DNA from: Verrucomicrobiota bacterium
GTDB lineage: Bacteria; Verrucomicrobiota; Verrucomicrobiia; Limisphaerales; UBA9464
Assembly: GCA_026397675.1 (NCBI GenBank)
Contig: JAPLUH010000250.1
Span: 1 to 47,817 of the forward strand
Direction: 5' to 3'
Length of the DNA stretch: 47,817 bases
Under the pieces are notes generated by a model that saw nothing but the letters and a program-made list of their open reading frames with translations, was not told the DNA's origin and searched no databases. Below are positions 37,360 to 46,149 of the stretch, piece by piece; positions within the stretch are counted from its first letter, which is position 1; each line of letters begins with the position of its first letter. The position numbers and the translations under genes were made by a program.

Positions 37360-38272
37360 GTGCGCCCGGCAGGGCGCACTCTCAACGGGTTTAAGCCGGA
37401 TTAGGCTCAACAAAGGAAGCCGTCCGGCAGTCATGGAGAGCGGGTGGGGTGCGGGTCGGGCAAGTACGAGTGTGATGGTCGACTGGATATGGTGGGATGG
37501 ATTGAAGTGGCCTCTGACGCTTGGTTAGATTCGAGCAATATTCAGCGATCACCAGTAGAGTTTTCTCGCGCGGGTAACCGTCGCTCGATACCAACTGCGT
37601 TGCTGCGCATCCTTTTTGTGTTAGCGCTCTCGGTACCATCAGAGATGGTTCTCAGGCACCTGTGCGATGAGCCGGCTGCAAGGGGAGCCTCAGAGAGGCC
37701 CTGTTCGATGACCAAGGTGAATCGCGGCCTGGTGAACCTCGCAGCGACTAGCGGGCGACCAGAGTGAGAACCGGCGTCGGTATGGGTGGGTTCGATTCGG
37801 TGCCGCGGCCCTGGGAGCCGAGGGTCGGAATGGCTGGTTTTGAGGGTTCCAGGTCCCAGATCCCAGGTTCGAGATACCGGGCCGTCGTCTTCTGGTTTAC
37901 GCCCAGTTGCCGGGTGATGCGTCATCCGGTTGAGGATCAATGCTTGGATTGCTTCGCAGGTGCTCACGCAGAGGTGGTTCATCCGCCCTCACGGACCCAA
38001 TAATCGGGCCCGCTCGGCAATAAACTTGTTCACCTCAGACACTGGCTGGTTTTGACCGCCCGCTGACATCTTATTGGCCGGTTGACGGGGAATGATCATC
38101 CTTTGGGTCGCACAAGCGGTGACTGGGCAAGTTCTCTGGACGGATGATTTACATTTTGTCCGAGGTCTAACTATTCCGAGGTCGAACGGTACCGGGAGCG
38201 CCGATAAAAATTCGAGGCGGATAAAAACGGACAAAGAAATGGGAACGAGCGAAGGCGGAACTAAGGAAGGAA

Positions 38273-38349
38273 TGGTCGGGACGACAGGATTTGAACCTGC
38301 GACGTCTTGGTCCCAAACCAAGTGCTCTACCGGGCTGAGCTACGTCCCG
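38273..38349 (-). tRNA. tRNA-Pro (anticodon UGG), CCA encoded
   Basis: The reverse complement folds as acceptor CGGGACG, D arm GCTC-AGCCCGGTA-GAGC, anticodon stem CTTGG/CCAAG, loop TTTGGGA, T arm GCAGG-TTCAAAT-CCTGT, acceptor 3' strand CGTCCCG, then A and CCA. Total 77 nt. Confidence 0.88.
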
Positions 38350-38442
38350 AACCGAGATGAAAGAGTCGCTTTGGATGTCGGTTGAGGCAATGCTTTTTCA
38401 CTTAAAGGTCATGATTCACCGATCCATGATGCTCAGTCCTCA

Positions 38443-39567
38443 ATGAAACTCCTCGTCTTTGCACACGTGCCGCCCCCTCACCACGGGCAAAGCCAGATGG
38501 TAAAGTTGATGGTGGACGGTTTCCGAGCCCAGCCAGAGCTCGGAATCGAAGTGCTCCATGTCGATGCCCGACTTTCGTCTGGGATGGCCGATGTGGGATC
38601 GGTCCGGGGAGGAAAAATCCAAGCTCTCCTGCGGTACTGCTGGCAGGCCATTGAGCTGTCACATCAACAAGGATGCCGGACACTGTATTACATTCCGTCC
38701 CCACCGAAGCGATCCTCGTTGTACCGTGATTTTCTGGTGATGGTTTTGATTCGGTGGCGGTTTAAACAGGTGATTTTGCATTGGCACGCGGTTGGATTGG
38801 GGGCCTGGCTGGAAAGCGAGTCCTGGTTCTGGGAACGCGCGTTCGCTCGGTTCTTTCTGGGGCGGGTGGAGCAAGCCATTGTGTTGGCTGCGAGCAATCG
38901 GGCCGATGCGGAGGCTCTCAGGCCGCGATCTGTGGCGGTGGTGAGCAATGGAATCCCAGATCCTTGCCCGGATTTTGCCAAGACATTGGAGGTGCGACGT
39001 GCAGGAGCTATTGCCCGATTGGAGACGCAGGTTCTGTTCATGGCGCATTGTACGCGTGACAAAGGTCTTTTTGGAGCGGTTGAGGCGGTGGTGGCGGCCA
39101 ATCAGATGGGTGACTCAGGTCGTCGATTCCGGCTCACCGTTGCTGGGAGTTTTTTGTCGGAGGCCGAAGAGGCGGAGTTTCGGGACCGTGTCGGACGCTC
39201 AGATGCAGCCGGATGCGTTGAGATCACGGGCTTTGTCTCGGGCGCCGAGAAGGATCGGTTGTTTCGTCAGGCCGATGTGTTCCTATTTCCCACGTATTTC
39301 GCTAATGAAGGGCAACCGTTGAACCTGATCGAGGCGTTGGCCTATGGCTTGCCTTGTGTCACGACCCGCTGGCGCTCTATCCCGGAGTATTTTCCTGCGG
39401 ACTATCCTGGGCTTTGCATTCCGAGAGATGTTCCGGCTTTGGCCACCGCGTTGCACGTGGTCGTGCAGGGCGTGGATGGCAGGAGACTGCGTCGTGAGTA
39501 TGAGCGGCGCTTTGCTGTCGGTCCGCACTTGAGTGCGTTGGCTGCGGCCATTCGGACAGGCTCTTAG
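38443..39567 (+). CDS. Glycosyltransferase family 4 (GT-B, group 1)
   Basis: 374 aa. The C-terminal half carries the GT1/GT4 signature (DVFLFPTYFANEGQPLNLIEALAYGLPCVTT). Confidence 0.8.
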   Translation: MKLLVFAHVPPPHHGQSQMVKLMVDGFRAQPELGIEVLHVDARLSSGMADVGSVRGGKIQALLRYCWQAIELSHQQGCRTLYYIPSPPKRSSLYRDFLVMVLIRWRFKQVILHWHAVGLGAWLESESWFWERAFARFFLGRVEQAIVLAASNRADAEALRPRSVAVVSNGIPDPCPDFAKTLEVRRAGAIARLETQVLFMAHCTRDKGLFGAVEAVVAANQMGDSGRRFRLTVAGSFLSEAEEAEFRDRVGRSDAAGCVEITGFVSGAEKDRLFRQADVFLFPTYFANEGQPLNLIEALAYGLPCVTTRWRSIPEYFPADYPGLCIPRDVPALATALHVVVQGVDGRRLRREYERRFAVGPHLSALAAAIRTGS

Positions 39568-39738
39568 GAATGAGCGTGTTCTCGGGCGAGGACCTGAGAC
39601 GTGGCGTCCAGTGGAATCCAGTTCTGGGTGGCACCCGTCGTTTCAAGGTGCCGTTACCTGAATCCTTTCGATGGCCCATAGACCGCCCTAAGTGAGGCTG
39701 TGAGCGAGGGATGAGCCGAACGATGGGGAGCCAAGTGA

Positions 39739-39773
39739 AACGGCGCCGGCTCTTCCCGGGGAGAGCGGCGCCG
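39739..39773 (-). terminator. Strong GC hairpin between convergent genes; candidate terminator for the superoxide dismutase gene
   Basis: ACGGCGCCG(G)CTCTTC / GGAGAGCGGCGCCGT, 15 bp with one bulge and a CCGG loop. Only a short TTT follows on the minus strand, so the U-tract is weak. Confidence 0.4.
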
Positions 39774-39794
39774 TCCGAGATTTCTAATCTGAGC

Positions 39795-40418
39795 TTACTT
39801 CGCTGCGGCGTACAAAGCTCCGACCTTGTTCCAGTCGATCACGTTCCACACGGCCTTGAGATAGGCTGCCCGTAGGTTCTGATACTTCAAGTAATAGGCG
39901 TGTTCCCAAACATCGACACCCAGAACGGGTTTGCCTTCGCATCCAGCGATGGCTTTGCCCATGAGAGGATTGTCTTGGTTGGCCGTTGAGACGATCTCCA
40001 GCTTACCGCCATTGACCACCAGCCAAGCCCAACCCGAACCAAAACGGCCAATGCCGGCGCCTTCAAATTTGGCCTGGAATTCAGCGAAGGATCCGAACGT
40101 TGCGTCGATGGCGGTGGCGAGATCGCCGGAGGGCGTGCCGCCATTGCCGGGACCCATGAGGTTCCAGAAGAAGGTGTGATTCCAATGGCCGCCGCCGTTG
40201 TTGCGGACAGGACCGCGGATAGCGTCGGGGACACCGGCCAGATCGCCAATCAAGGCTTCCAGACTGAGGCCTTCAACCGGGGTTCCGGTGATTGCCTTGT
40301 TGAGGTTGTCCACGTAGGCCTTGTGGTGGCGGCCGTGGTGGATCTCCATGGTCAGTGCGTCGATGTGGGGTTCGAGCGCGTCCTTGGCGTAGGGTAGGGG
40401 GGCAAGTTCGTGGGCCAT
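39795..40418 (-). CDS. Superoxide dismutase (Fe/Mn family)
   Basis: The ATG at 40418 gives [32 protein letters not shown], and the C-terminus has [13 protein letters not shown]. The longer 295-aa ORF-track form has a non-coding-like N-terminus. Confidence 0.93.
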   Translation of the reverse strand: MAHELAPLPYAKDALEPHIDALTMEIHHGRHHKAYVDNLNKAITGTPVEGLSLEALIGDLAGVPDAIRGPVRNNGGGHWNHTFFWNLMGPGNGGTPSGDLATAIDATFGSFAEFQAKFEGAGIGRFGSGWAWLVVNGGKLEIVSTANQDNPLMGKAIAGCEGKPVLGVDVWEHAYYLKYQNLRAAYLKAVWNVIDWNKVGALYAAAK

Positions 40419-40593
40419 AAAATGAGATTCGATTTGCCGGACTTGCGGTGTTGCACGCCGGCGGGAGAGGGAGGGTAGCAAGCTTCGATCGGGGCGCAAG
40501 CAGCAGGGCGCTTGTCGCATCGGATCTTGAAATTCCCTCTCGCCTGCTGTTCGAGCCGACCGATACGGTGAATGCCGTAACGAGACTGTACAC

Positions 40594-42066
40594 ATGAGCA
40601 ACCCCACTGGAGACATCGCACTGATCGGCTTGGCGGTCATGGGCCAGAACTTGATCCTCAACATGAACGACCACGGTTTCACCGTCGTGGCCTACAACCG
40701 CACCACCTCCAAGGTGGATGAATTTTTGGCCGGTGAGGCTAAGGGGACTCAGATTCAGGGAGCCCACTCGATTGCCGAATTGGTGTCCAAGCTCAAGACG
40801 CCGCGGCGGATCATGATGTTGGTTAAGGCGGGCCAAGCGGTGGACGACTTTATCGAGCAGTTGGTGCCGCACTTGTCTGCAGGGGACATCATTATCGATG
40901 GCGGTAATTCGCTCTATGGCGACACGGAGCGACGGGTAAAGTATTGCGAGTCCAAGGGGTTGCTCTTCATTGGAACCGGGGTCTCCGGCGGTGAAGAAGG
41001 GGCCCGACGCGGACCTAGCATCATGCCGGGCGGATCAGCCAAGGCGTGGCCTGCCGTGAAAGACATCTTCCAGGGCGTCTCCGCCAAGGTGGATGGAGGC
41101 GTGCCGTGTTGTGATTGGGTCGGCGATGGTGGGTCAGGCCACTACGTGAAGATGGTCCACAATGGCATCGAGTACGGCGACATGCAGTTGATCTGCGAAG
41201 CGTACAACATTCTCAAGAATGGCTTGGGCCTCAGCGCCGACGAGATGCACCAGGTCTTCGCCGACTGGAACAAGGGAGAGTTGGATAGCTTCCTCGTGGA
41301 AATCACCCGCGACATCCTAGCATTCAAGGATACGGATGGCGGGCCGTTGGTGGACAAGATCCTCGATACCGCCGGTCAGAAGGGCACCGGCAAGTGGACG
41401 GTCATCGATTCGGCCAATTTGGCCCAGCCCGTCACATTGATCGCCGAGGCGGTTTTCAGCCGTTGTGTCAGCGCCATGAAGGACGAGCGAGTGAAGGCAT
41501 CTCGCAAGCTCAAGGGACCGAAGCCGTTGCTGAGCGCTGCCAAGAATCCTAAGGCTCGCCAGGCGTTTATCGAAGACATCAAGAGCGCCCTCTATGCTTC
41601 CAAGATCGTCAGTTATGCGCAGGGTTACATGCTGCTGCGCGCGGCGGCCGCAGAAAATGGATGGAAGCTCAACTACGGCGGCATCGCCTTAATGTGGCGT
41701 GGTGGTTGCATCATCCGTTCCCGTTTCCTGGGCAAGATCAAGGAGGCCTACGACAAGAATCCGAAACTGGCCAATTTGCTGCTCGACGATTACTTCCGGG
41801 CCGAGATCAAGAAGAGTCAGAAGGGTTGGCGTAATGTGGTGGCCTCGGCGGCCAAGAAGGGCATCCCAATGCCCGCATTCAGCACAGCACTGGCGTTCTT
41901 TGACCAATATCGCTCGGCAACTCTTCCGGCGAACCTCCTCCAGGCGCAGCGGGACTATTTCGGGGCTCACACCTACGAGCGGGTGGACAAGCCCCGCGGG
42001 CAGTTCTTCCACACCAATTGGACCGGGCGCGGAGGCAATGTCAGCTCCAGCACCTATAACGCCTGA
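40594..42066 (+). CDS. gnd: 6-phosphogluconate dehydrogenase, decarboxylating
   Basis: 490 aa with NADP-binding motif [10 protein letters not shown] and 6PGDH core motifs ([25 protein letters not shown]). Confidence 0.95.
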   Translation: MSNPTGDIALIGLAVMGQNLILNMNDHGFTVVAYNRTTSKVDEFLAGEAKGTQIQGAHSIAELVSKLKTPRRIMMLVKAGQAVDDFIEQLVPHLSAGDIIIDGGNSLYGDTERRVKYCESKGLLFIGTGVSGGEEGARRGPSIMPGGSAKAWPAVKDIFQGVSAKVDGGVPCCDWVGDGGSGHYVKMVHNGIEYGDMQLICEAYNILKNGLGLSADEMHQVFADWNKGELDSFLVEITRDILAFKDTDGGPLVDKILDTAGQKGTGKWTVIDSANLAQPVTLIAEAVFSRCVSAMKDERVKASRKLKGPKPLLSAAKNPKARQAFIEDIKSALYASKIVSYAQGYMLLRAAAAENGWKLNYGGIALMWRGGCIIRSRFLGKIKEAYDKNPKLANLLLDDYFRAEIKKSQKGWRNVVASAAKKGIPMPAFSTALAFFDQYRSATLPANLLQAQRDYFGAHTYERVDKPRGQFFHTNWTGRGGNVSSSTYNA

Positions 42067-42097
42067 TTAGCAGCAAGCAGGTCATCCCTCGAACCTT

Positions 42098-42613
42098 GTG
42101 GACAACGATCTTCCACCCGATGCCGAACGAACTTTGAAGAAGTTTTTCGGCATCTTCATCGCCACGTTGTTTCTGTACGTGACGATTTATGGAGGCTGTG
42201 AGGCTTACCGGGTGCGCAACGGGGCTTGGCACCTGACCTTTGACACGCAGCCTGACGGAACACCAGTCCTTCGGATCGACCACCCGCGGCTGCTGACCGG
42301 TGGTCCGGTGTCGATCCGATTTCCGGGCGAGAATGCGCCACGGGTGACCAATGGTCCGATTACTTACATTTACAGTCGTCCGGACACCAATTCGACCCCG
42401 TTTGGTCCGATGTACTTTGTCGACACGACGCAGTTGCCCGGAACGGTCGCGCTGGGAGCTTTTGGTCATGTGGTGGAGATGGTGCCGCGGACATTGTTTG
42501 TCGACTTCAGGGAGGTGTCCTGGGGCTCTGAGACGAACATGACCTTGCTGCCTGAGGGTAAACCCTCGCCGGAACGATTGAAGGTCAAGAACCAGCAGTG
42601 GAATGGCCGTTGA
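42098..42613 (+). CDS. Hypothetical membrane-anchored protein
   Basis: GTG start 31 nt after gnd. It has one N-terminal TM segment (FFGIFIATLFLYVTIYGG) and coding-like composition. I recognise no family. Confidence 0.55.
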   Translation: MDNDLPPDAERTLKKFFGIFIATLFLYVTIYGGCEAYRVRNGAWHLTFDTQPDGTPVLRIDHPRLLTGGPVSIRFPGENAPRVTNGPITYIYSRPDTNSTPFGPMYFVDTTQLPGTVALGAFGHVVEMVPRTLFVDFREVSWGSETNMTLLPEGKPSPERLKVKNQQWNGR

Positions 42614-42696
42614 GCGTGGGGATGCTGTTTGTAGGTCCCTCCCAGGTAATTGCATCCAGACTTTCCAACGGATGCCCGTGCCGGCAGCGTTGGGCC

Positions 42697-43845
42697 ATGT
42701 TCCCTGCTTTCCGCTGCTGGCGGCGCACAGCCACGCCGATTTTGGCCTCACTCCTTCTCACAGTGCTGCCTGTGTCGGGAGCGGCGCCCCGCTTTAGCCC
42801 CATCTTTAACGGTCGGGATCTGCGGGGGTGGGTCAACGTCAACTGCGCACCGGAAACTTTTACCGTTCGGGACGGGATGATCCACTGCGATGGCATTCCA
42901 ACGGGAGCACTGCGCACCGAGCGCCAGTATGAGAATTTTATTTTGGAGTTGGAATGGCGGCATCTCAAGCCCAGCGGCAATGCGGGGGTCTTCATTTGGT
43001 CAGGCCCGATGCCGGCGTTGGGTCAACCCTTCCTGAGAGCGATCGAGGTTCAGGTTCTCGACCACGGGTATGGCAAATCGGACTGGTTCACGACCCATGG
43101 CGACATCTTCCCGATCCACGGATCGACCATGAAGCCGTTTTCTCCCAGCCGCGGCGATCGCAGTTTCCCAAAAGAATCCCGGAGTTTGGGCGCCCCGGAG
43201 TGGAACCACTACCGGATCGTTGCCACCAACGGGGTTCTCCGCCTCTCAGTTAATGGCGCTGAGGTTTCTGGTGGCACCGGTTGCAATTGGCGGCGTGGGT
43301 ATATCGCTTTGGAGTCGGAGGGTGGAACCGTCGACTGGCGCAACCTGCGTGTGCAGGAGTTGCCTTCCACGAAGGTTCCACTGGGTCAGTCGGCCCCCGA
43401 TGCTCAACCGTGGAAGAGCCTTTATGATGGTCGGTCCTTGCGTGGGTGGCGGGTCCCCGTCGATTCCGAGGTGTGGAAGGCCAGCGACTGGACTCTGAAG
43501 AGCCGAGCCGGGCTCGGGGGTGAATCGTCGACCCTCTGGTCGGAGGCCCAGTTTAATCGCGATGAAGTGATCTTCGACTGGCGCTGGGATGGGAAGACCG
43601 CGGACCGGGTGCCTCCGCTGGTTTTTCGCCCGATCCGAGGTGGGCCGATCATCCGAATTCCAGAACTCGCGGCGCTCCGGGTCGACGGATGGAATCGGCT
43701 CCGGGTCCGCCGGTCGGGAGGGGTTCTGAAGGTCTCCGCCAATGACGCAGATGAGGTTTCCGTGGAGGTTCCGCGCGGCCGGTTGGAGTTCGGCTTCTTG
43801 CCAGCTCCGGTGCCGCTTCAGATTTCGAGCGTATTCATCCGCTAG
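42697..43845 (+). CDS. Secreted tandem DUF1080 (3-keto-disaccharide hydrolase-like) domain protein
   Basis: The ATG at 42697 gives a signal peptide (MFPAFRCWRRTATPILASLLLTVLPVSGA). Two modules start with F/LxxGRxLRGW, and the first ends in GYIALESEGGTVDWRNLRVQEL. Confidence 0.8.
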   Translation: MFPAFRCWRRTATPILASLLLTVLPVSGAAPRFSPIFNGRDLRGWVNVNCAPETFTVRDGMIHCDGIPTGALRTERQYENFILELEWRHLKPSGNAGVFIWSGPMPALGQPFLRAIEVQVLDHGYGKSDWFTTHGDIFPIHGSTMKPFSPSRGDRSFPKESRSLGAPEWNHYRIVATNGVLRLSVNGAEVSGGTGCNWRRGYIALESEGGTVDWRNLRVQELPSTKVPLGQSAPDAQPWKSLYDGRSLRGWRVPVDSEVWKASDWTLKSRAGLGGESSTLWSEAQFNRDEVIFDWRWDGKTADRVPPLVFRPIRGGPIIRIPELAALRVDGWNRLRVRRSGGVLKVSANDADEVSVEVPRGRLEFGFLPAPVPLQISSVFIR

Positions 43846-43886
43846 GTTACGGCAGTCCGTGTCTGGCGGGAGTGTCCCTAGCTGCG

Positions 43887-45059
43887 CTACCGAAAACAGA
43901 TTCGGCTTACAGCATCATCGAAGCCCTGGGCCCCGGCGATGATCTTGATTTCCACTCGCATGAAGTAGATGGGCAGGTCTCGGCGGTCGAGCTTGGGAAA
44001 GCGGACCGCATCCTTCTGCGTAGTGACAAGCATGTCTGCGCGGCGCTTCTTGCCTCGGTTCACGGCATCCAGGACCTCCTGCTGGGTGAATCGGTGATGA
44101 TCGGCGTAGCGTCGCGCTAGGACGATCTCGGCACCCAGTTCCGAGAGCTTCGATTCAAAGCTCTCAGGCTGGGCGATCCCGCTGAGACTGGCCACCCGGC
44201 GACCTTGCAACAGTTCGAGGCCCCGGCGTTCGCCGGTGAAGACATCCTCGAAATAGAGCGGGTGATGCACGCACTCGATGATCCCAGCGCGCGGATTGAG
44301 CAGGGCAATGCGATCGCGCAGCGCGGCGGTCTTGCCGTCGCTCTTGGTCAGGAAGATGACGCTGGCTCGAGCAAGGTGGGAGGGAGGTTCTCGGAGGGTT
44401 CCGCGCGGCAGCAGGTGCTCATTGCCGAAGGGTTGCTGGCAGTCGATCAAGACCACGTCGGTGCGGCGGCCGGCGAGCTTCCAGTATTGGAAGCCGTCGT
44501 CGAGCAGTAGGGTGTCGCAGCCGAAGTGCTCCACGGCATAGCGACCGGCTTTGACCCGGTCTTTGTCGACCAGTACCACCACATCTCTCAGGTTGGACGC
44601 CAGCATGTAGGGTTCATCGCCGGCCGTCTCGGAGTCGAGCAGCAGCGATTGGCCATCGGAGACGATGCGGGGTGGGGTGGTGTCTTCTCGGAGCAGGATC
44701 TTGTCGAGGAGGCGCTCTGACACGGGCTTGGGCTTGGATCGGTATCCGCGTGAGAGGATGGCTACTTTGCGACCGGCATCCTGGAGAGCACGGGCAAATT
44801 TTTCGACGACCGGAGTCTTGCCGGTACCGCCCACCGTGAGATTGCCCACGGCGATAACTTGAACACCCAGAGTTGAATCGCGAAGGATGCGAACGCTGTA
44901 GAGCAGTCGTCGCAGTTTTACGATGCCTCCAAAGATATGGGAAAGCCCCGAGAGTAGCGCCCGGATCATCGATGCCTTGCGCCCGGGTAGGTTCTCGAGA
45001 ATCACCGCCAGAAAGTAAGTTTCGGCGGTCTCTGTAAATTTTTGCCAACTCTCTCGCAC
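43887..45059 (-). CDS. lpxK: Tetraacyldisaccharide 4'-kinase
   Basis: P-loop [14 protein letters not shown] with LpxK length and layout. Confidence 0.9.
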   Translation of the reverse strand: MRESWQKFTETAETYFLAVILENLPGRKASMIRALLSGLSHIFGGIVKLRRLLYSVRILRDSTLGVQVIAVGNLTVGGTGKTPVVEKFARALQDAGRKVAILSRGYRSKPKPVSERLLDKILLREDTTPPRIVSDGQSLLLDSETAGDEPYMLASNLRDVVVLVDKDRVKAGRYAVEHFGCDTLLLDDGFQYWKLAGRRTDVVLIDCQQPFGNEHLLPRGTLREPPSHLARASVIFLTKSDGKTAALRDRIALLNPRAGIIECVHHPLYFEDVFTGERRGLELLQGRRVASLSGIAQPESFESKLSELGAEIVLARRYADHHRFTQQEVLDAVNRGKKRRADMLVTTQKDAVRFPKLDRRDLPIYFMRVEIKIIAGAQGFDDAVSRICFR

Positions 45060-45433
45060 TGGGCTCCAAGCATGTCATCTGGACACGACTTCGGAAAGAT
45101 TTCGTGCAAAACGGTGAAATCCGGTTGTCAAGAGTCGGCTCGGGGCATTATCTCAGAGAGCGTTACCCGGTCGGAGCTCTCATGAATCCATATCAGGTTT
45201 TAGCGATTCTGACACCGTCCTCTCGGTCAGTAGGCATCACTGGTCGATCCAGAAGGTGTCCAGGCCGTCTGCTGACGTCGATGCCCTCGGCTGAAGGTTT
45301 TCGATCTTACCTTCCGCAACTTGAGGTGTCTATTTTTCGAATTTCTGACGCATCGGGCCGATGTTTCCTCCTCGTTGGGGAGTCAACGGTTCCGGTAAGT
45401 CGGGCCTACAAACACAACAACAACAAACTCAGA

Positions 45434-45751
45434 GTGAAACCAACCGAATCCAACTGCGAAACCCGGCTTGCCCGGACCTGCGCCCTGGCTGCCACAAAGG
45501 CACCCGTTAAGAAGGCAGCGCCCGTCAAGGTAGCTGCTCCGGCCAAGAAGGCAGCACCTGCAAAGGTAGCTGCTCCGGCCAAGAAGGCGGCGCCTGCGAA
45601 GGTGGCAGCTCCGGCCAAGAAGGCAGCGCCTGCCAAGGTGGTTGCTCCGGCCAAGAAGGCAGCACCTGCGAAGGTAGCAGCTCCGGCCAAGAAGGCAGCG
45701 CCTGCGAAGGTGGCAGCTCCGGCCAAGAAGGCGGCGCCTGCCAAGAAGTAA
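45434..45751 (+). CDS. Histone H1-like / Hc2-like Lys-Ala-Pro repeat protein
   Basis: The C-terminal ~85 aa are built entirely of APAKKAAPAKVA dodecapeptide repeats. The GTG at 45434 is preceded by a CA-rich leader (ACAAACACAACAACAACAAAC). The ORF-track ORF begins at 45104, but its first 110 residues look non-coding. Confidence 0.7.
   Translation: MKPTESNCETRLARTCALAATKAPVKKAAPVKVAAPAKKAAPAKVAAPAKKAAPAKVAAPAKKAAPAKVVAPAKKAAPAKVAAPAKKAAPAKVAAPAKKAAPAKK
45500..45748. repeat. 36-bp in-frame tandem repeat, about 7 copies (GCTCCGGCCAAGAAGGCAGCNCCTGCNAAGGTNGCN)
   Basis: One degenerate copy at 45500-45535, five full copies from 45536 to 45715 and a 33-nt terminal copy. Differences are mostly at third codon positions. 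Confidence 0.9.
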
Positions 45752-45763
45752 TCGAGTCGCCCG

Positions 45764-45810
45764 ATCCGGCGGTTTTGCTTGTCAAACCCGCCGGATTTTG
45801 GGTGTTTTTG
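45764..45810 (+). terminator. Rho-independent terminator after the histone-like gene
   Basis: Stem ATCCGGCGG (45764-45772) pairs with CCGCCGGAT (45788-45796), followed by TTTTGGGTGTTTTTG. Confidence 0.6.
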
Positions 45811-46149
45811 TCAGTTGTTAATAACTTGGGAACAACACCCAAAAACTTGTTCTCGCGGTACTCGATGCTTTGCCATAAAAGCCTCGCCCGTCGTTGAAGA
45901 AATCACGGCGGGTCCGAGAAGAAACTGCACTGAATCATGTTCCACCAGATGTCTGCAAATGTGTTGAAACCCCAATGTTTTCAATACTTTCATATTATTT
46001 CAGCGGGTGCTGGTGCAGTTTTGATGGTTAAGGGCTGTGTGCGGGGTTTCATGAAACTGTCACTAAATCAGGAAGACTCGATTAACCTGTGAGTGATGGT
46101 AGTGAATAAATCTTCAAATTGCCCGTTTTAGGTCCCTTTTAAATATCCC
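45811..46149. promoter_or_regulatory. dnaA upstream region; candidate oriC / dnaA promoter
   Basis: It sits directly 5' of dnaA and is AT-rich at 45973-46003. It contains a 12-bp palindrome GTTTCATGAAAC (46046-46057) and repeated GAAAC(T/C) motifs. DnaA-box matches are only degenerate (6-7 of 9). Confidence 0.3.

Noticed and set aside
37387-37405. Minus-strand AATCCGGCTTAAACCC resembling the RNase P RNA CR-IV/V motif (ACAGAAnCCGGCUUA)
   Set aside because: No GAGGAAAGUCCGG (CR-I) partner occurs anywhere within 500 nt on that strand, and the ACAGAA part is not conserved. I treat it as a coincidental match.
37788-37800. T-loop-like GGGTTCGATTCGG suggesting a tRNA or tmRNA 3' domain
   Set aside because: The flanking bases cannot form a T stem or an acceptor stem. 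No CCA-proximal helix and no tmRNA tag reading frame could be found on either strand.
37542-38090. Minus-strand reading frame open for about 170 codons apart from one in-frame TGA (MSAGGQNQPVSEVNKFIAERARLLGP*GRMNHLC...)
   Set aside because: The translation is dominated by Arg, Pro, His, Thr and Ser and has no recognisable domain. There is no SECIS-like context to argue for selenocysteine, so it looks like chance openness in GC-rich DNA. The region itself is still flagged as unassigned.
45104-45433. N-terminal 110 residues of the 215-aa ORF-track version of the histone-like gene
   Set aside because: The translation (…SRSVGITGRSRRCPGRLLTSMPSAEGFRS…) looks non-coding. A CA-rich leader followed by a GTG sits right before the repeat-encoding part.
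45406-45842. Minus-strand ORFs (45406..45744, 45525..45842) across the 36-bp repeat
   Set aside because: They are mirror-image artefacts of the in-frame repeat. The plus-strand Lys/Ala/Pro reading has a terminator and a plausible start, while the antisense ones have neither.
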